A stretch of DNA of 64,000 bases, from positions 24,142-88,141 of the forward strand of contig JBGUPJ010000036.1 in assembly GCA_045130235.1 (NCBI GenBank), in the 5' to 3' direction. Below the pieces are notes generated by a model, which worked only from the letters and a program-made list of their open reading frames with translations, was not told the origin of the DNA and did not search any database. The DNA comes from Bacteroidales bacterium. Lineage in GTDB: Bacteria; Bacteroidota; Bacteroidia; Bacteroidales; WCHB1-69. Shown here piece by piece: positions 8,456-17,671 of this stretch. The position numbers and the translations under genes were made by a program. Each line of letters starts with the position of its first letter. Position 1 is the stretch's first letter.

Positions 8456-9760
8456 ATGCGCCTCACCGATAACGCCATCCGATACACCATAAGCCACCTC
8501 CTCAGGGTGGCTTTTCCGCATTCTACCCCCGACATCCGCATCGAAGAAGAGAAGGCTGTTGCACAGGTGGAAGGTGTTGATATTCACTTTTTTATAATGG
8601 ATGAAAAAACTGCCGACACCCTGACGGCAGGCACTCTTTCCCTCCAGTCGGTCACCTTGCCGTTCGGTGTGCAGGTACCACTCTACCAGCAACCCGACAC
8701 CGACCAGCCGTATCGTTGCGACGGTAATGCGCTCGTGCTGCAGTGCGACCTCGTCACGCTGCCCTTTCTGCTGCTGTCGCGCTGGGAGGAATATCAGGAA
8801 GGGAATGCCCGCGACGTGCACGGCCGCTTCTGCTTCGCCGGCAGTCTGAACGAGCGGTACGGCTGCATCGACCTGCCCGTCGCCGACTTCTACGGCCTCC
8901 TGCTCCGCAGCTGGGTGGTGGCCGCTCACCCCGACCTCCACGTACAGCCGCGCACCCCCCGCTGCATCAGCACCCACGATGTGGATCTGATTCAGCGATT
9001 CGGCGGATGGCTACAGAATGTTCGCACCCTGTTTGCCGACCTCATCAAGTATCACTCTATCAAGCTGTTCCGCCAGTCCAACCGCCAATGTCGTGCCGCA
9101 CGGAAAGATCGCAACACCGACCCGCTGCTGCAGGCTTGTCTGCGGCTGCGACTGTACGACAAGGAACGCCAGCACGAGAGCCTCTTCTTCATCAAGGCGC
9201 AACAGAAGGGCGAGTACGACTGCGGCTACGACATCCGAAGCCAGGAGGCGGCATTTCTTGTCGGCAAGCTCCGCGACATGGGAGCGGACATCGGGCTGCA
9301 CGGCGGGTTGCATGCCGCCTACGACGCCCGTCTGCTCGCCGCCGAGAAACAGCGGTTGGAGGAGGTGATGGGTGGTACCATCACCTCCGGCCGCCAGCAC
9401 TACCTGCGGTTTCATCCGCTGCAAACCCAGCGGGCGTGGCAGCATTGCGGCCTCACCGACGACTACACGCTCGGATTCGCCGAGCGCGAGGGCTTCCGCT
9501 GCGGCACCTGTCACCCCTATCCGCTCTACGACCTCGTAAACGATTGTGAAACAACGGTTATCGAACACCCGCTTATCGCCATGGACATGACCTTCATCGC
9601 TTATCGGAAGATGCAGCCGGGGGCGGCTTTGGACAGCATCCAGCGGCTGCGGCATACCTGCGAGCAGGCCGAGGGCGACTTCGTGCTGCTGTGGCACAAT
9701 ACCACCGTGGGGCGCAACAGCGAACAGTGGTTCCAACAAGTTTTCTGCAATATCGAGTAA
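8456..9760 (+). CDS. polysaccharide deacetylase-like (CE4-superfamily-like) protein, function uncertain
   Basis: Motifs STHDVD, HGGLHAAYD, GRQHYLRF and GFAEREGFRCGTCHPYPLYD resemble deacetylase-fold proteins. The ORF itself is clear (434 aa, GC3-rich). Confidence 0.5.
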   Translation: MRLTDNAIRYTISHLLRVAFPHSTPDIRIEEEKAVAQVEGVDIHFFIMDEKTADTLTAGTLSLQSVTLPFGVQVPLYQQPDTDQPYRCDGNALVLQCDLVTLPFLLLSRWEEYQEGNARDVHGRFCFAGSLNERYGCIDLPVADFYGLLLRSWVVAAHPDLHVQPRTPRCISTHDVDLIQRFGGWLQNVRTLFADLIKYHSIKLFRQSNRQCRAARKDRNTDPLLQACLRLRLYDKERQHESLFFIKAQQKGEYDCGYDIRSQEAAFLVGKLRDMGADIGLHGGLHAAYDARLLAAEKQRLEEVMGGTITSGRQHYLRFHPLQTQRAWQHCGLTDDYTLGFAEREGFRCGTCHPYPLYDLVNDCETTVIEHPLIAMDMTFIAYRKMQPGAALDSIQRLRHTCEQAEGDFVLLWHNTTVGRNSEQWFQQVFCNIE

Positions 9761-9762
9761 AA

Positions 9763-10788
9763 ATGGAAGATATCCGACATATCACAACCGAGCAGCTAAC
9801 CGACTTTCTGCTCCAGCATGGCGAGAAAAAGTTCCGTGCCGCCCAAATCCAGGAGTGGCTTTGGAAGCGCGGGGCATTGACTTTCGCTGAGATGACCAAC
9901 CTTTCGGTGGCGTTGCGCCAGCTGTTGGAGCAGCATTTCACCTTCCAGCGCACGGCTATTGAGCGGCGGGTGCAGAGCAGCGATGGCACCGCCAAGTACC
10001 TTTTCACACTTCACGATGGCTGCCAGGTGGAGGGTGTGTTAATTCCTTCAGGACAGCGTGTTACGGCTTGTATCTCCTCGCAGGTAGGGTGTGCCTTGAA
10101 GTGTGCCTTCTGTGCTACCGGCACATTGGGCTTCACCCGCAACTTGCACTTTTCGGAAATTTTCGACCAGTACATGCTGATGAACCGCGAGGCTGAGCAG
10201 CTGTATGGGCACGTCATCAGCAACATCGTGTATATGGGCATGGGCGAGCCGCTGCTGAACTACGAGAACGTGATGGAGTCGGTGCGGCTCATCACCACGC
10301 CGGCGGGACCGGGACTGTCGCCCAGCCGCATCACCCTCTCCACGGTCGGCATCGCGGAGGGCATCCGGCGGTTAGCCGACGACGGCTTCAAGCCTGAGGT
10401 GGCCCTCTCGCTGCACTGCGCCGACGAGCTGAAACGCTCGCTGCGGATGCCCGTCACCCGCAGCAACAACTTCGCCATGCTGCAGGATGCCCTCCGCTAC
10501 CTGCACGAAAAAACCGGCAAGCGCATCACCATCGAGTACCTGATGCTGAAAGGCTGGAACGACAGCGTGGAGGATGCGCGCAAACTGTTCCGTTTCTGCA
10601 TGCCGTTCCCCGTCAAAGTCAACCTCATCGAATACAATGCCACCGACAGCGGCTATGAAAAGAGCCCAGAGGAGAACGTGCAGCGGTTTGTCGCCTTCCT
10701 CGAGTCGAAAAACATGGTGGTGAACATCCGCCACAGCCGCGGGCAGGATATCGACGCCGCCTGCGGACAGCTGGCGAAGAAAGAATAA
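9763..10788 (+). CDS. rlmN: 23S rRNA/tRNA (adenine-C2)-methyltransferase, radical SAM
   Basis: Start trimmed to MEDIRHITTEQLTDFLLQHGEKKFRAAQIQEWLW. Radical-SAM motif CISSQVGCALKCAFCATG is present, together with the typical MGMGEPL and C-terminal DIDAACGQL motifs. Confidence 0.9.
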   Translation: MEDIRHITTEQLTDFLLQHGEKKFRAAQIQEWLWKRGALTFAEMTNLSVALRQLLEQHFTFQRTAIERRVQSSDGTAKYLFTLHDGCQVEGVLIPSGQRVTACISSQVGCALKCAFCATGTLGFTRNLHFSEIFDQYMLMNREAEQLYGHVISNIVYMGMGEPLLNYENVMESVRLITTPAGPGLSPSRITLSTVGIAEGIRRLADDGFKPEVALSLHCADELKRSLRMPVTRSNNFAMLQDALRYLHEKTGKRITIEYLMLKGWNDSVEDARKLFRFCMPFPVKVNLIEYNATDSGYEKSPEENVQRFVAFLESKNMVVNIRHSRGQDIDAACGQLAKKE

Positions 10789-10794
10789 AAACAA

Positions 10795-10824
10795 ACTGAA
10801 AAAAGCCCGTGCGAAAACACGGGC
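10795..10824 (-). terminator. terminator hairpin (T-tract on the minus strand), shared by convergent genes
   Basis: GCCCGTG-CGAAAA-CACGGGC. On the minus strand it is followed by TTTTTTCAG. It lies 43 nt downstream of the minus-strand gene that ends at 10867. Confidence 0.65.
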
Positions 10825-10866
10825 CAACAACAGAAGTGAATTGATCAGATGCCAAAAAATTTCGGC

Positions 10867-11427
10867 TTAATGGACTGATTTGGCTGGGGCTGCCTCCATA
10901 CTTTTCTGAGGACAGCTCTCCTTGCTGGCGGGAGTGGCTTTGCGGGCGGCATCCTTCCGATGTGATGCCGCAGAACGCTTGAACTTGCGCTCCAGCTGGA
11001 AATATTCGTTCACCTGCTGAGCTGAGAGGCACTGTGAGATGGCGTTGAGAAACGCTGACTCTGCTTCCAACATATGACTACGTGTCTCCAAGCGGGTGGT
11101 GTACAACACAAGAATTTGATTATCAGAAAGATATTGAACGCTGTCGGAGGTCACATAATGGTCAATACCTGCGGCATTCATCTTCACACGGCTCTTCTGA
11201 AAAGCTTCATATTCGGCTTTGGCGTATGCGTCGAAAGCGGCCCAGAAGGGTGCTTTCTGCTCCTCACTCAGCGTGAAATTCTTTTCCAAAAACTCCTTTT
11301 TTAATTTCATGACGGTCTGACAATCCTGTGAGCCACATTTTGAATTTTTAGTGGGTTCGACCTGTCCCTGCGCCATGGTTACAGCAGCAAAACTGACCAT
11401 CAAACAGAACATCAATATCTTTTTCAT
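10867..11427 (-). CDS. periplasmic LTXXQ-motif (Spy/CpxP-like) protein
   Basis: Signal peptide MKKILMFCLMVSFAAVTMAQG. Two L(S/T)xxQ motifs (LSEEQ, LSAQQ) sit in a helical, charged protein. Confidence 0.45.
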   Translation of the reverse strand: MKKILMFCLMVSFAAVTMAQGQVEPTKNSKCGSQDCQTVMKLKKEFLEKNFTLSEEQKAPFWAAFDAYAKAEYEAFQKSRVKMNAAGIDHYVTSDSVQYLSDNQILVLYTTRLETRSHMLEAESAFLNAISQCLSAQQVNEYFQLERKFKRSAASHRKDAARKATPASKESCPQKSMEAAPAKSVH

Positions 11428-11512
11428 AATAAAAATGGAATTGGTTACAAAATGAAAACATCGACTTTGACAAAAATGAGATGAGAGAGTTTAAAATCCG
11501 ATAAGATTTTTG

Positions 11513-11520
11513 TAATTTTG
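11513..11520 (+). promoter_or_regulatory. -7 box TAATTTTG for the sugar transporter gene
   Basis: TAnnTTTG match 21 nt upstream of the ATG at 11541. Confidence 0.5.
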
Positions 11521-11540
11521 CCGCCGATAAATCAACATTC

Positions 11541-12893
11541 ATGGAACAAAAGAACAAATACGCATTCAGTTTGTTTGTCATCGGCACGTTGTTTTTTGTG
11601 TTCGGTTACATCACATGGGTCAACAGTGTGGTCATGCCTTTTTTGAAAGAGGCCTGCGAGCTCACCACCTTTGAGGCTTCGTTTGTGCCCTTCTGCTTTT
11701 ACATCTCTTATTTTGTGATGGGCATTCCGGCCTCACTCCTTATCCGTAAGATAGGCTACAGCGGGGGTATGATGATCGGATTGCTGACCATGGCCTGCGG
11801 CTCCATCATGTTTGTGCCCGCGGCCATCACCCGCCAGTTCGGCATCTTCCTCACCGGCCAATTTTTCATGGGCGGTGGTCTCACCGTGCTACAGGCGGCC
11901 ACCAACCCCTATGCCACCATTTTGGGACCGATTGAAACGGCTGCCCGCCGTATCAGCATCATGGGCGTGTGCAACAAATTCGCCGGAGTCATCGGTATTT
12001 ATACCATTTACAAAGCCCTCTTCTCCGGTCTCGACGACGAGTTGAAAATGCTCAAAAGCGGTCTGTTGACTGGCGATGCAGCTGAAGCCACCCGCCAGCA
12101 CCTTGCCGAGCAGGTCATTCTGCCCTACATCATCATCACGGCGGTATTCATCCTGCTGGTGGTTTTCATCAAATTGGCCAAACTGCCCCGTATCGAGAAC
12201 ACCGACAACAGCGGCGACAGTCAGACCACATCCCTCTTTTCTCGCAAATACACCTATTTGTGGTTGGGAGTTCTCGCCATCTTCTTCTATGTGGGCGCCG
12301 AGGTTATCGCTATCGACTACCTGATTCCTTACGGCGAAGCTTGGGGCGTACAGGAAAGTGTGCGGAAAGATTTCCCCACCTACGCCATGTTCGCCCTCAT
12401 CGTCGGCTACTTTGTGGGACTGCTTACCGTGCCGAAGATGATTTCACAACGGCAGGCGCTCGTCACCAACCTTCTCATCGCTTGCGCACTTGCCTTGGTG
12501 GCCATCTACTCGCAGTCCATCGTACACATCTTCCAGCCCAGCCTTGACCCCATGGCCGCCCAAAACGCATCGGCCCGCCTGTCTATCGCCTGCATCATCA
12601 TGCTCAGCTTCGCCCATGCCATCATGTGGCCCGCCATCTGGCCGCTCTCCATCCACGACCTCGGCAAACATACCGAACTGGCCTCCGGACTGCTCGTCAT
12701 GGCATGTGCTGGCGGTGGTGTCATGTCGCTGATATATGGTAAATTATGTGAAGTACTGCAAGGTGACAACCCCATCGCACATCTCGCCCACCAAAAAGCA
12801 TATCTCATCCTCTTCGTCTGTTACCTATACATCCTCTTCTTCGCCACCATCGGCTACAAATTCAACGGACAGAAAAAACATATCAACAAATAA
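11541..12893 (+). CDS. MFS sugar:H+ symporter (FucP / glucose-galactose transporter family)
   Basis: 450 aa with about 12 TM segments. N-terminal FSLFVIGTLFFVFGYITWVNSVVMPFLK is typical of the FucP/GluP family. Confidence 0.8.
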   Translation: MEQKNKYAFSLFVIGTLFFVFGYITWVNSVVMPFLKEACELTTFEASFVPFCFYISYFVMGIPASLLIRKIGYSGGMMIGLLTMACGSIMFVPAAITRQFGIFLTGQFFMGGGLTVLQAATNPYATILGPIETAARRISIMGVCNKFAGVIGIYTIYKALFSGLDDELKMLKSGLLTGDAAEATRQHLAEQVILPYIIITAVFILLVVFIKLAKLPRIENTDNSGDSQTTSLFSRKYTYLWLGVLAIFFYVGAEVIAIDYLIPYGEAWGVQESVRKDFPTYAMFALIVGYFVGLLTVPKMISQRQALVTNLLIACALALVAIYSQSIVHIFQPSLDPMAAQNASARLSIACIIMLSFAHAIMWPAIWPLSIHDLGKHTELASGLLVMACAGGGVMSLIYGKLCEVLQGDNPIAHLAHQKAYLILFVCYLYILFFATIGYKFNGQKKHINK

Positions 12894-12930
12894 ACAATTC
12901 AACGAATCAACAAATAAACAATTCAACATT
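12894..12930 (+). repeat. CAACAAAT-type A/C-rich leader repeat (short member of the modular intergenic family)
   Basis: AAACAATTCAACGAATCAACAAATAAACAATTCAACATT lies directly between the transporter stop and the ridA ATG. Confidence 0.7.
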
Positions 12931-13305
12931 ATGAAAAAAGTCATCCACACCGACAAAGCTCCCAAGGCCATCGGTCCTTACAGCCAGGCCATTGAAATCA
13001 ACGGAACCCTCTACATCTCCGGTCAGATTCCGGTAGATCCCGCCACCGGCAAGGTCGCCGACACCATTGAAGAACAGACCGAACAGGTGATGAAGAACAT
13101 CGGCGCCATCCTCGAAGAGGCAGGCTACACCTTCGCCGATGTGGTGAAATCGACCTGTCTGCTCAGCGACATGGCCAACTTCAAACCCATGAACGAGGTT
13201 TATGCCAAGTACTACAGCACCAACCCGCCCGCCCGCGCCGCCTTCGCCGTGAAAGCGCTTCCTATGGGCGTGATGGTGGAAATCGAAACCGTGGCCGTGA
13301 AATAA
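12931..13305 (+). CDS. ridA: RidA/YjgF family reactive-intermediate (enamine/imine) deaminase
   Basis: Start trimmed to MKKVIHTDKAPKAIGPYSQAIEINGTLYISGQIPVDP. C-terminal ARAAFAV..LP..V.VEIE is present. Confidence 0.85.
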   Translation: MKKVIHTDKAPKAIGPYSQAIEINGTLYISGQIPVDPATGKVADTIEEQTEQVMKNIGAILEEAGYTFADVVKSTCLLSDMANFKPMNEVYAKYYSTNPPARAAFAVKALPMGVMVEIETVAVK

Positions 13306-13326
13306 TCATTCCCCACGAAAAACGTC

Positions 13327-13362
13327 AAGAGATGAGCCTACCATCCGCTCATCTCTTTTTTG
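13327..13362 (+). terminator. rho-independent terminator after ridA
   Basis: 11-bp stem AAGAGATGAGC / GCTCATCTCTT followed by TTTTTGT. Confidence 0.75.
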
Positions 13363-13388
13363 TAATGAGCATAATGAATTTTTAGCCC

Positions 13389-13877
13389 ATGAAAATCGGA
13401 ATCATCTCAGACACACATGGTTATGTACATCCCAAGGTGTTTGAGTTTTTTAAAGACTGTACCGAAATTTGGCATGCTGGCGACATCGGAAGGATGGAAG
13501 TGCTGGACGAGCTGAACCTGATTGCACCCGTGAGAGCCGTGTATGGCAATTGCGATGACTGGGACATCCGCAGCCAAACGACCGAAACGGCTGTGTTCAA
13601 TTGCGAAGCACATAAAGTGGCGATGATGCACATCGGAGGAAACGGCAATTACTATCCTTATCCTGCTGTTCAACTCATTGAAAAAGAGAAGCCTACTATC
13701 TTTATTGCGGGTCATTCCCATTTTCTTAAAGTGATGCACGACACCCGTCACAACCTGCTTTTCATCAATCCAGGCTCCGCCTCACGCTTTGGGCACCACG
13801 TACGCCTCACCTTCCTCCGACTCGACATCAACGGCAAAGAGTTGAGCAATCTGGAAATCTATGATGAAGAAAAATAG
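13389..13877 (+). CDS. YfcE/MJ0936-type metallophosphoesterase
   Basis: MKIGIISDTHGY, WHAGD, GNCD and GHSH metal-ligand motifs occur in the canonical order. Confidence 0.8.
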   Translation: MKIGIISDTHGYVHPKVFEFFKDCTEIWHAGDIGRMEVLDELNLIAPVRAVYGNCDDWDIRSQTTETAVFNCEAHKVAMMHIGGNGNYYPYPAVQLIEKEKPTIFIAGHSHFLKVMHDTRHNLLFINPGSASRFGHHVRLTFLRLDINGKELSNLEIYDEEK

Positions 13878-13883
13878 CAGAGT

Positions 13884-15149
13884 ATGCTGAAAAAAATCCT
13901 CCTTTTGATGGCGATTTTTTCGGGATGTTTATGCCAGATTTTGGCACAATCCACCCTTTCTAATGAAGCGAAATACGACACGCTACGGAATCGTTTACGC
14001 ACTGAATTTCTGTATTATACAGGCAATGGGATGGAACGTGGAACGTCGTTGCTGATGGAAAGAAAATATCAATCGAATCGAGGTCTTACGGGGTTGTGGG
14101 CTGACGCAGTGTGGTGGCAAGGACATTATTTGGCACTGTTGGCCACAGAATATGCGCGACTGCAACGGGATGGAAAGCCTACCGAAGCCACGTTGGAAGA
14201 GTTACGGTGTGCTGTCCAGGTGTATGAGAGGCTCGACTTGGAAGCTGAGTCATGTTGGGGATGCGACACTATCCAAAAGTGCAACGGCTTCTATATTCGC
14301 GACGATATCAACCGTGACGATACCAGCCGTTTCAATCTGAACTGGCTGGTTAGCGACTACAGCAACCACTGCGGTCATCTCAACACGACGGGCAACGCCC
14401 CATCACAAGACCAAGCATGGGCCAGCTATTTGGGATTTGCATTGGTGCAAAAACTCGTGGACGACTCATCACTATGCCAAAAAGTGGCAGAGATTAGTGA
14501 AAAAATGATTACCGCCATGCAGTACAAAACAGGAAATCAAACCGTCTGGGCGATTGTCAATCCTGTGAATGGCATAGAGATACAGCCGCAATCAGACATC
14601 GCATGGTTGGCGTATGCGCACGCCACGATAGGTGACTTACTGAGTGGTCATCCCGTTAGCTCCCAGAGAGCAAAAAAGGGGAGGAGTACTTGGAATATGG
14701 TGCAAAGCATCATGCTGGCGGCGAAAAACGGAAATTTCCGATGGTATGGCGTTTTAGCCATGTCAACCGTGATGAACGAGGGAGGAGCGAGCGGAAACTG
14801 TTATGAATGGTTGGTGCGCACCTGTGAGAAAATTGCACAAAAACGTCCTGATTTACAACAAGATATTATATTCCCACACCTCCCACTCATCCATTTAATA
14901 CTATATGGGAAAGAGGGAAAAGAGTTGCTACCCCGCTCGTCGTACGATTCCTATCTCAATAGTGCGCCGATTGACGGGTGTATCACCCATTATATCAATG
15001 GAAAAACGATCAGAAACACCCCTCCCTGGCATAGCGTATCGCTGTTTTGTCCGTGGCACCTCACGGAAACAGGTCAGGTGAATATGGTGGACTATCTGCT
15101 GCTTTACAATTCGGTGGAATTGGTTTATGGTTCAAAATCAGAAAATTAA
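13884..15149 (+). CDS. exported hypothetical protein
   Basis: Signal peptide MLKKILLLMAIFSGCLCQILAQS (possibly a lipobox). 421 aa, visibly more AT-rich than the flanking genes. No family recognised. Confidence 0.6.
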   Translation: MLKKILLLMAIFSGCLCQILAQSTLSNEAKYDTLRNRLRTEFLYYTGNGMERGTSLLMERKYQSNRGLTGLWADAVWWQGHYLALLATEYARLQRDGKPTEATLEELRCAVQVYERLDLEAESCWGCDTIQKCNGFYIRDDINRDDTSRFNLNWLVSDYSNHCGHLNTTGNAPSQDQAWASYLGFALVQKLVDDSSLCQKVAEISEKMITAMQYKTGNQTVWAIVNPVNGIEIQPQSDIAWLAYAHATIGDLLSGHPVSSQRAKKGRSTWNMVQSIMLAAKNGNFRWYGVLAMSTVMNEGGASGNCYEWLVRTCEKIAQKRPDLQQDIIFPHLPLIHLILYGKEGKELLPRSSYDSYLNSAPIDGCITHYINGKTIRNTPPWHSVSLFCPWHLTETGQVNMVDYLLLYNSVELVYGSKSEN

Positions 15150-15160
15150 AAAATAAAAAT

Positions 15161-15772
15161 ATGAAAATCATCTGTGTAGGAAGAAATTACTTGCCCCATA
15201 TCAAAGAGCTGGGGCATAAAGTCCCCGAAAAACCGACCCTGTTTCTGAAGCCCGACTCATCGGTCATTACCCGCAACCGTCCGTTTTTTCTGCCCGACTT
15301 CTCGCAACAGATTGAGTATGAGGTGGAGCTCCTGGTTCGCATCGACAAGGTGGGAAAATACATCCAGGAAAAATTCGCCCACACTTACTATCATGAGATT
15401 GGTTTGGGCATTGATTTCACGGCGCGGGATCTGCAAAAAAATTGCATAGAGGAAGGCAATCCGTGGGAAATCGCGAAGGCTTTTGATGGATCGGCCATTA
15501 TTAGTCAATTTATTGAAAAAGAGAAATTTGCAGACCTTAACAATATCAATTTTCACCTCAATTTAAATGGCAATACTGTGCAGAGCGGCAACAGTGGCGA
15601 GATGCTCTTTTCCATCGACCAGATCATCTCCTACGCCTCGCAATTTTTCACATTGAAAACGGGCGACATCATCTTCACCGGCACGCCGAAAGGGGTGGGG
15701 AAAGTGGCCATCAACGACCTGTTAGAGGGGTGGATTGAGGATCGCAGAATGTTGAATTTCAGGGTGAAATAG
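15161..15772 (+). CDS. fumarylacetoacetate hydrolase (FAH) family protein
   Basis: Start trimmed to MKIICVGRNYLPHIKELGHKVPEKPTLFLKP. E.E..V and GD.I.TGTP.GVG motifs are present. Confidence 0.8.
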   Translation: MKIICVGRNYLPHIKELGHKVPEKPTLFLKPDSSVITRNRPFFLPDFSQQIEYEVELLVRIDKVGKYIQEKFAHTYYHEIGLGIDFTARDLQKNCIEEGNPWEIAKAFDGSAIISQFIEKEKFADLNNINFHLNLNGNTVQSGNSGEMLFSIDQIISYASQFFTLKTGDIIFTGTPKGVGKVAINDLLEGWIEDRRMLNFRVK

Positions 15773-15784
15773 CCTTACCGTATT

Positions 15785-16849
15785 CTAAACCACCCTGCTG
15801 TACCCGCCGCTTCTCTTGCTGCCGCTGTGGGTAATCTGTCCATGCCGCCTGAGTTCGGAGAGGCAGCGTTCCACGGTGCTCAGCGAGAAGTCCGTTCCGG
15901 CCACGATGTCCGCCGTATTGCAGTTCGGATGGGCTTCGATGTAAGATAGCACCTCCCTGACCTTTCCCTCAGCGGCAGATGCCGGTTTACGCCTGGCAGT
16001 GGTGGAAGTTGGAGTCTCCGGGATTTTATTTTCGTCTAAAACAACCTCCTTCTGCGAAAGGATTTCGGAAATTCTTTCAGCCACTTCCGCCTGCGTGCGG
16101 GCCTCCAATGGGAAGGTGGTGGGCACCTCCTCCCACGGCATCTGCTTCATCATCACCCTGTTATCTTTGCACGACTGGATATGCTGGAAAGGCACCAGCA
16201 AGGTGGTTGTGATGCGGATGAAATCCTCCTCGCCAAACAGCTGCTCCAGATGCTTCATGGAACCCAACCGCGTGTATTTTTCATTTTGCACGGTGTAGAT
16301 TGTGGTGAAATTGCGTTGCTGCTCACAGTAGAAAATGTCATCCATGGTCAACAGCTGGATGTTGCTGTCCTTGTCGGCGACATCCAGCATGCGGACCCGC
16401 TCGTACACGATCTTGGTCTCGTCCTCCAACGACTGTTGGTAATTTTTACGATCCCTGAACAAAAACGGGAAGAAATTCAAAGCGAGATTCCGTCCAATGA
16501 CCTCAAACTGATGGGAGGCGAAAAACTCGAAATATCCCACCAGTTTAATAGCATTGGCATGGCGCGATACAATAAAACGGTAGGCAAGAGCCGTCTCCAC
16601 AACGCCCACCACGATAGCACTGAGCACCACAACCGCCCAATACACTTGCGGATATTTGGGATAAAGCTTGGGATAAAGCACCAAGTAATTGAAATACAAT
16701 GAGCCTAACAACAGAATGCCCGAAATGGCTTCCTTGACAAAACCGCCCGAGAATGGGTGCAAAATAAGGTTGCGGGCAAAAAACCAAAGCACTACTGCAC
16801 TAAACAGGACATTGAGCAAAACGATGGCAATTTTCTTCGAATGTTTCAT
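15785..16849 (-). CDS. membrane-anchored LytTR-domain regulator with an extra C-terminal winged-helix domain (paralog 1)
   Basis: Start trimmed to MKHSKKIAIVLLN (the -7 box at 16874-16881 overlaps the track start). About 4 TM helices. LytTR-like core IQLLTMDDIFYCEQQRNFTTIYTV..KYTRLGSMKHLEQL..FIRITT. C-terminal wHTH REVLSYIEAHPNCNTADIVAGTDFSLSTVERCLSELRRHGQITHSGSKRSGGYSRVV. Confidence 0.7.
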   Translation of the reverse strand: MKHSKKIAIVLLNVLFSAVVLWFFARNLILHPFSGGFVKEAISGILLLGSLYFNYLVLYPKLYPKYPQVYWAVVVLSAIVVGVVETALAYRFIVSRHANAIKLVGYFEFFASHQFEVIGRNLALNFFPFLFRDRKNYQQSLEDETKIVYERVRMLDVADKDSNIQLLTMDDIFYCEQQRNFTTIYTVQNEKYTRLGSMKHLEQLFGEEDFIRITTTLLVPFQHIQSCKDNRVMMKQMPWEEVPTTFPLEARTQAEVAERISEILSQKEVVLDENKIPETPTSTTARRKPASAAEGKVREVLSYIEAHPNCNTADIVAGTDFSLSTVERCLSELRRHGQITHSGSKRSGGYSRVV

Positions 16850-16873
16850 AAAGGCAGGATGTATATACGGCAG

Positions 16874-16881
16874 CAAAAATA
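16874..16881 (-). promoter_or_regulatory. -7 box TATTTTTG for LytTR paralog 1
   Basis: Reverse complement of CAAAAATA, 25 nt upstream of the ATG at 16849. Same spacing as in paralog 2. Confidence 0.5.
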
Positions 16882-16916
16882 CTCAATTCTTTCCAAACAA
16901 TCTTCCCCAAATGGGT

Positions 16917-17079
16917 TTATCCCTTCACTCATCTTCATTTATTCCTTCATTAGCCTTCTTAATTATATTTTTATAAAAATTTGATTATCAAAATATTATA
17001 AATCCATACAGCATTTTCATTTGAACCTTCCCGTCACATTTTCGTGGTGAGGGTTCACATTTTGGGTGTGAAGGGATAA
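16917..17079. promoter_or_regulatory. mirror-symmetric repeat sites in divergent promoter region 1 (candidate LytTR binding sites)
   Basis: On the left, TTATCCCTTCAC (16917-16928) and the degenerate TTATTCCTTCAT lie 22 bp apart. On the right is a 21-bp tandem repeat TCACATTTTCGTGGTGAGGGT / TCACATTTTGGGTGTGAAGGG (17034-17075) ending GTGAAGGGATAA (17068-17079), the exact reverse complement of the left site. Confidence 0.55.
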
Positions 17080-17097
17080 AATTTCATCAAATGAATG

Positions 17098-17105
17098 TAT
17101 TTTTG
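17098..17105 (+). promoter_or_regulatory. -7 box TATTTTTG for the small lipoprotein gene
   Basis: 19 bp downstream of the repeat sites and 43 nt upstream of the ATG at 17148. Confidence 0.5.
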
Positions 17106-17147
17106 CCCCGCTTTTAACCCATATTACTAACCTAAAAAATTCAAAAC

Positions 17148-17348
17148 ATGAAAAAGTTATTGGTTATTTTCGCTTGCGTTGCCCTTGCTGGCGCATTCAC
17201 TTCATGTGACAAGAAATGCCACTGCAAACAATGGGTTGGTGGTGTTTCTGCTGCTCACGTCTTCGAACCCCAAGACGACATGAAATGCTCGGATTACAAC
17301 ACCGTTGCAGAAGTCAATGGCGTAAAAACCGGCATTGAATGCAAGTAA
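17148..17348 (+). CDS. small Cys-rich lipoprotein (66 aa)
   Basis: Lipobox signal peptide MKKLLVIFACVALAGAFTSC. Mature part CDKKCHCK...KCSDY...KTGIECK. Paralog of the gene at 25255-25470. Confidence 0.7.
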   Translation: MKKLLVIFACVALAGAFTSCDKKCHCKQWVGGVSAAHVFEPQDDMKCSDYNTVAEVNGVKTGIECK

Positions 17349-17367
17349 TTGGCGAAATGTATGGGAC

Positions 17368-17403
17368 GGAAGCGGGACAGTTGCTGTTCCGCTTCTTTTT
17401 TTT
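17368..17403 (+). terminator. rho-independent terminator after the small lipoprotein gene
   Basis: GGAAGCGGGACAG-TTG-CTGTTCCGCTTC followed by TTTTTTTT. Confidence 0.75.
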
Positions 17404-17671
17404 GTAGGGTTATCAGATGTTGACACCTTGTAGGGCTGTCATAATATGGCAGCCCTACTAACCATTGCTTGTAATGTCCCGATGGTGCGGTAACCATTCA
17501 CCCCGAAGGGGTGATATTTTGGTAACCCCGTACAAGCGTAGCGCAGTGCGGGGATGTGCGATGGGTCGTGCGCCAGCCCGCGGCACGCTGACAGAAAAAT
17601 AGTACTTGTTGGGAAGTTTGCCGCGGAAGAACGGGCAAGGGGATTCCGTGTAAAAAGCACATCGCCCCAAC
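17404..17671. repeat. GC-rich mosaic intergenic element, second copy type
   Basis: Hairpins GTAGGGCTGTCAT-AAT-ATGGCAGCCCTAC and CACCCCGAAGGGGTG are present. Sub-motifs are shared with 4018-4232. There is no tRNA T-loop and no RNase P, SRP or tmRNA signature. Confidence 0.35.

Noticed and set aside
16917-17079. Inverted repeats TTATCCCTTCAC / GTGAAGGGATAA, 163 bp apart (and 18808-18973), as a Bacteroides-style invertible promoter (phase-variation switch).
   Set aside because: Both candidate -7 boxes lie outside the inverted repeats, not between them. The arms are only 12-13 bp and each is accompanied by a second, 21-22-bp-phased site. No recombinase gene is nearby. Regulator binding sites explain the layout better. 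Inversion cannot be fully excluded without read-level data.
17404-17671. Possible tRNA, tmRNA, RNase P, SRP or 6S RNA hidden in the GC-rich intergenic elements.
   Set aside because: I could find no cloverleaf with a GTTCRANYC T-loop. There is no GGAAAGTCC-type RNase P core, no SRP GGAAG/AGCAG domain IV motif, and no tmRNA tag-reading frame. The evidence is by eye only; an Infernal scan would settle it.
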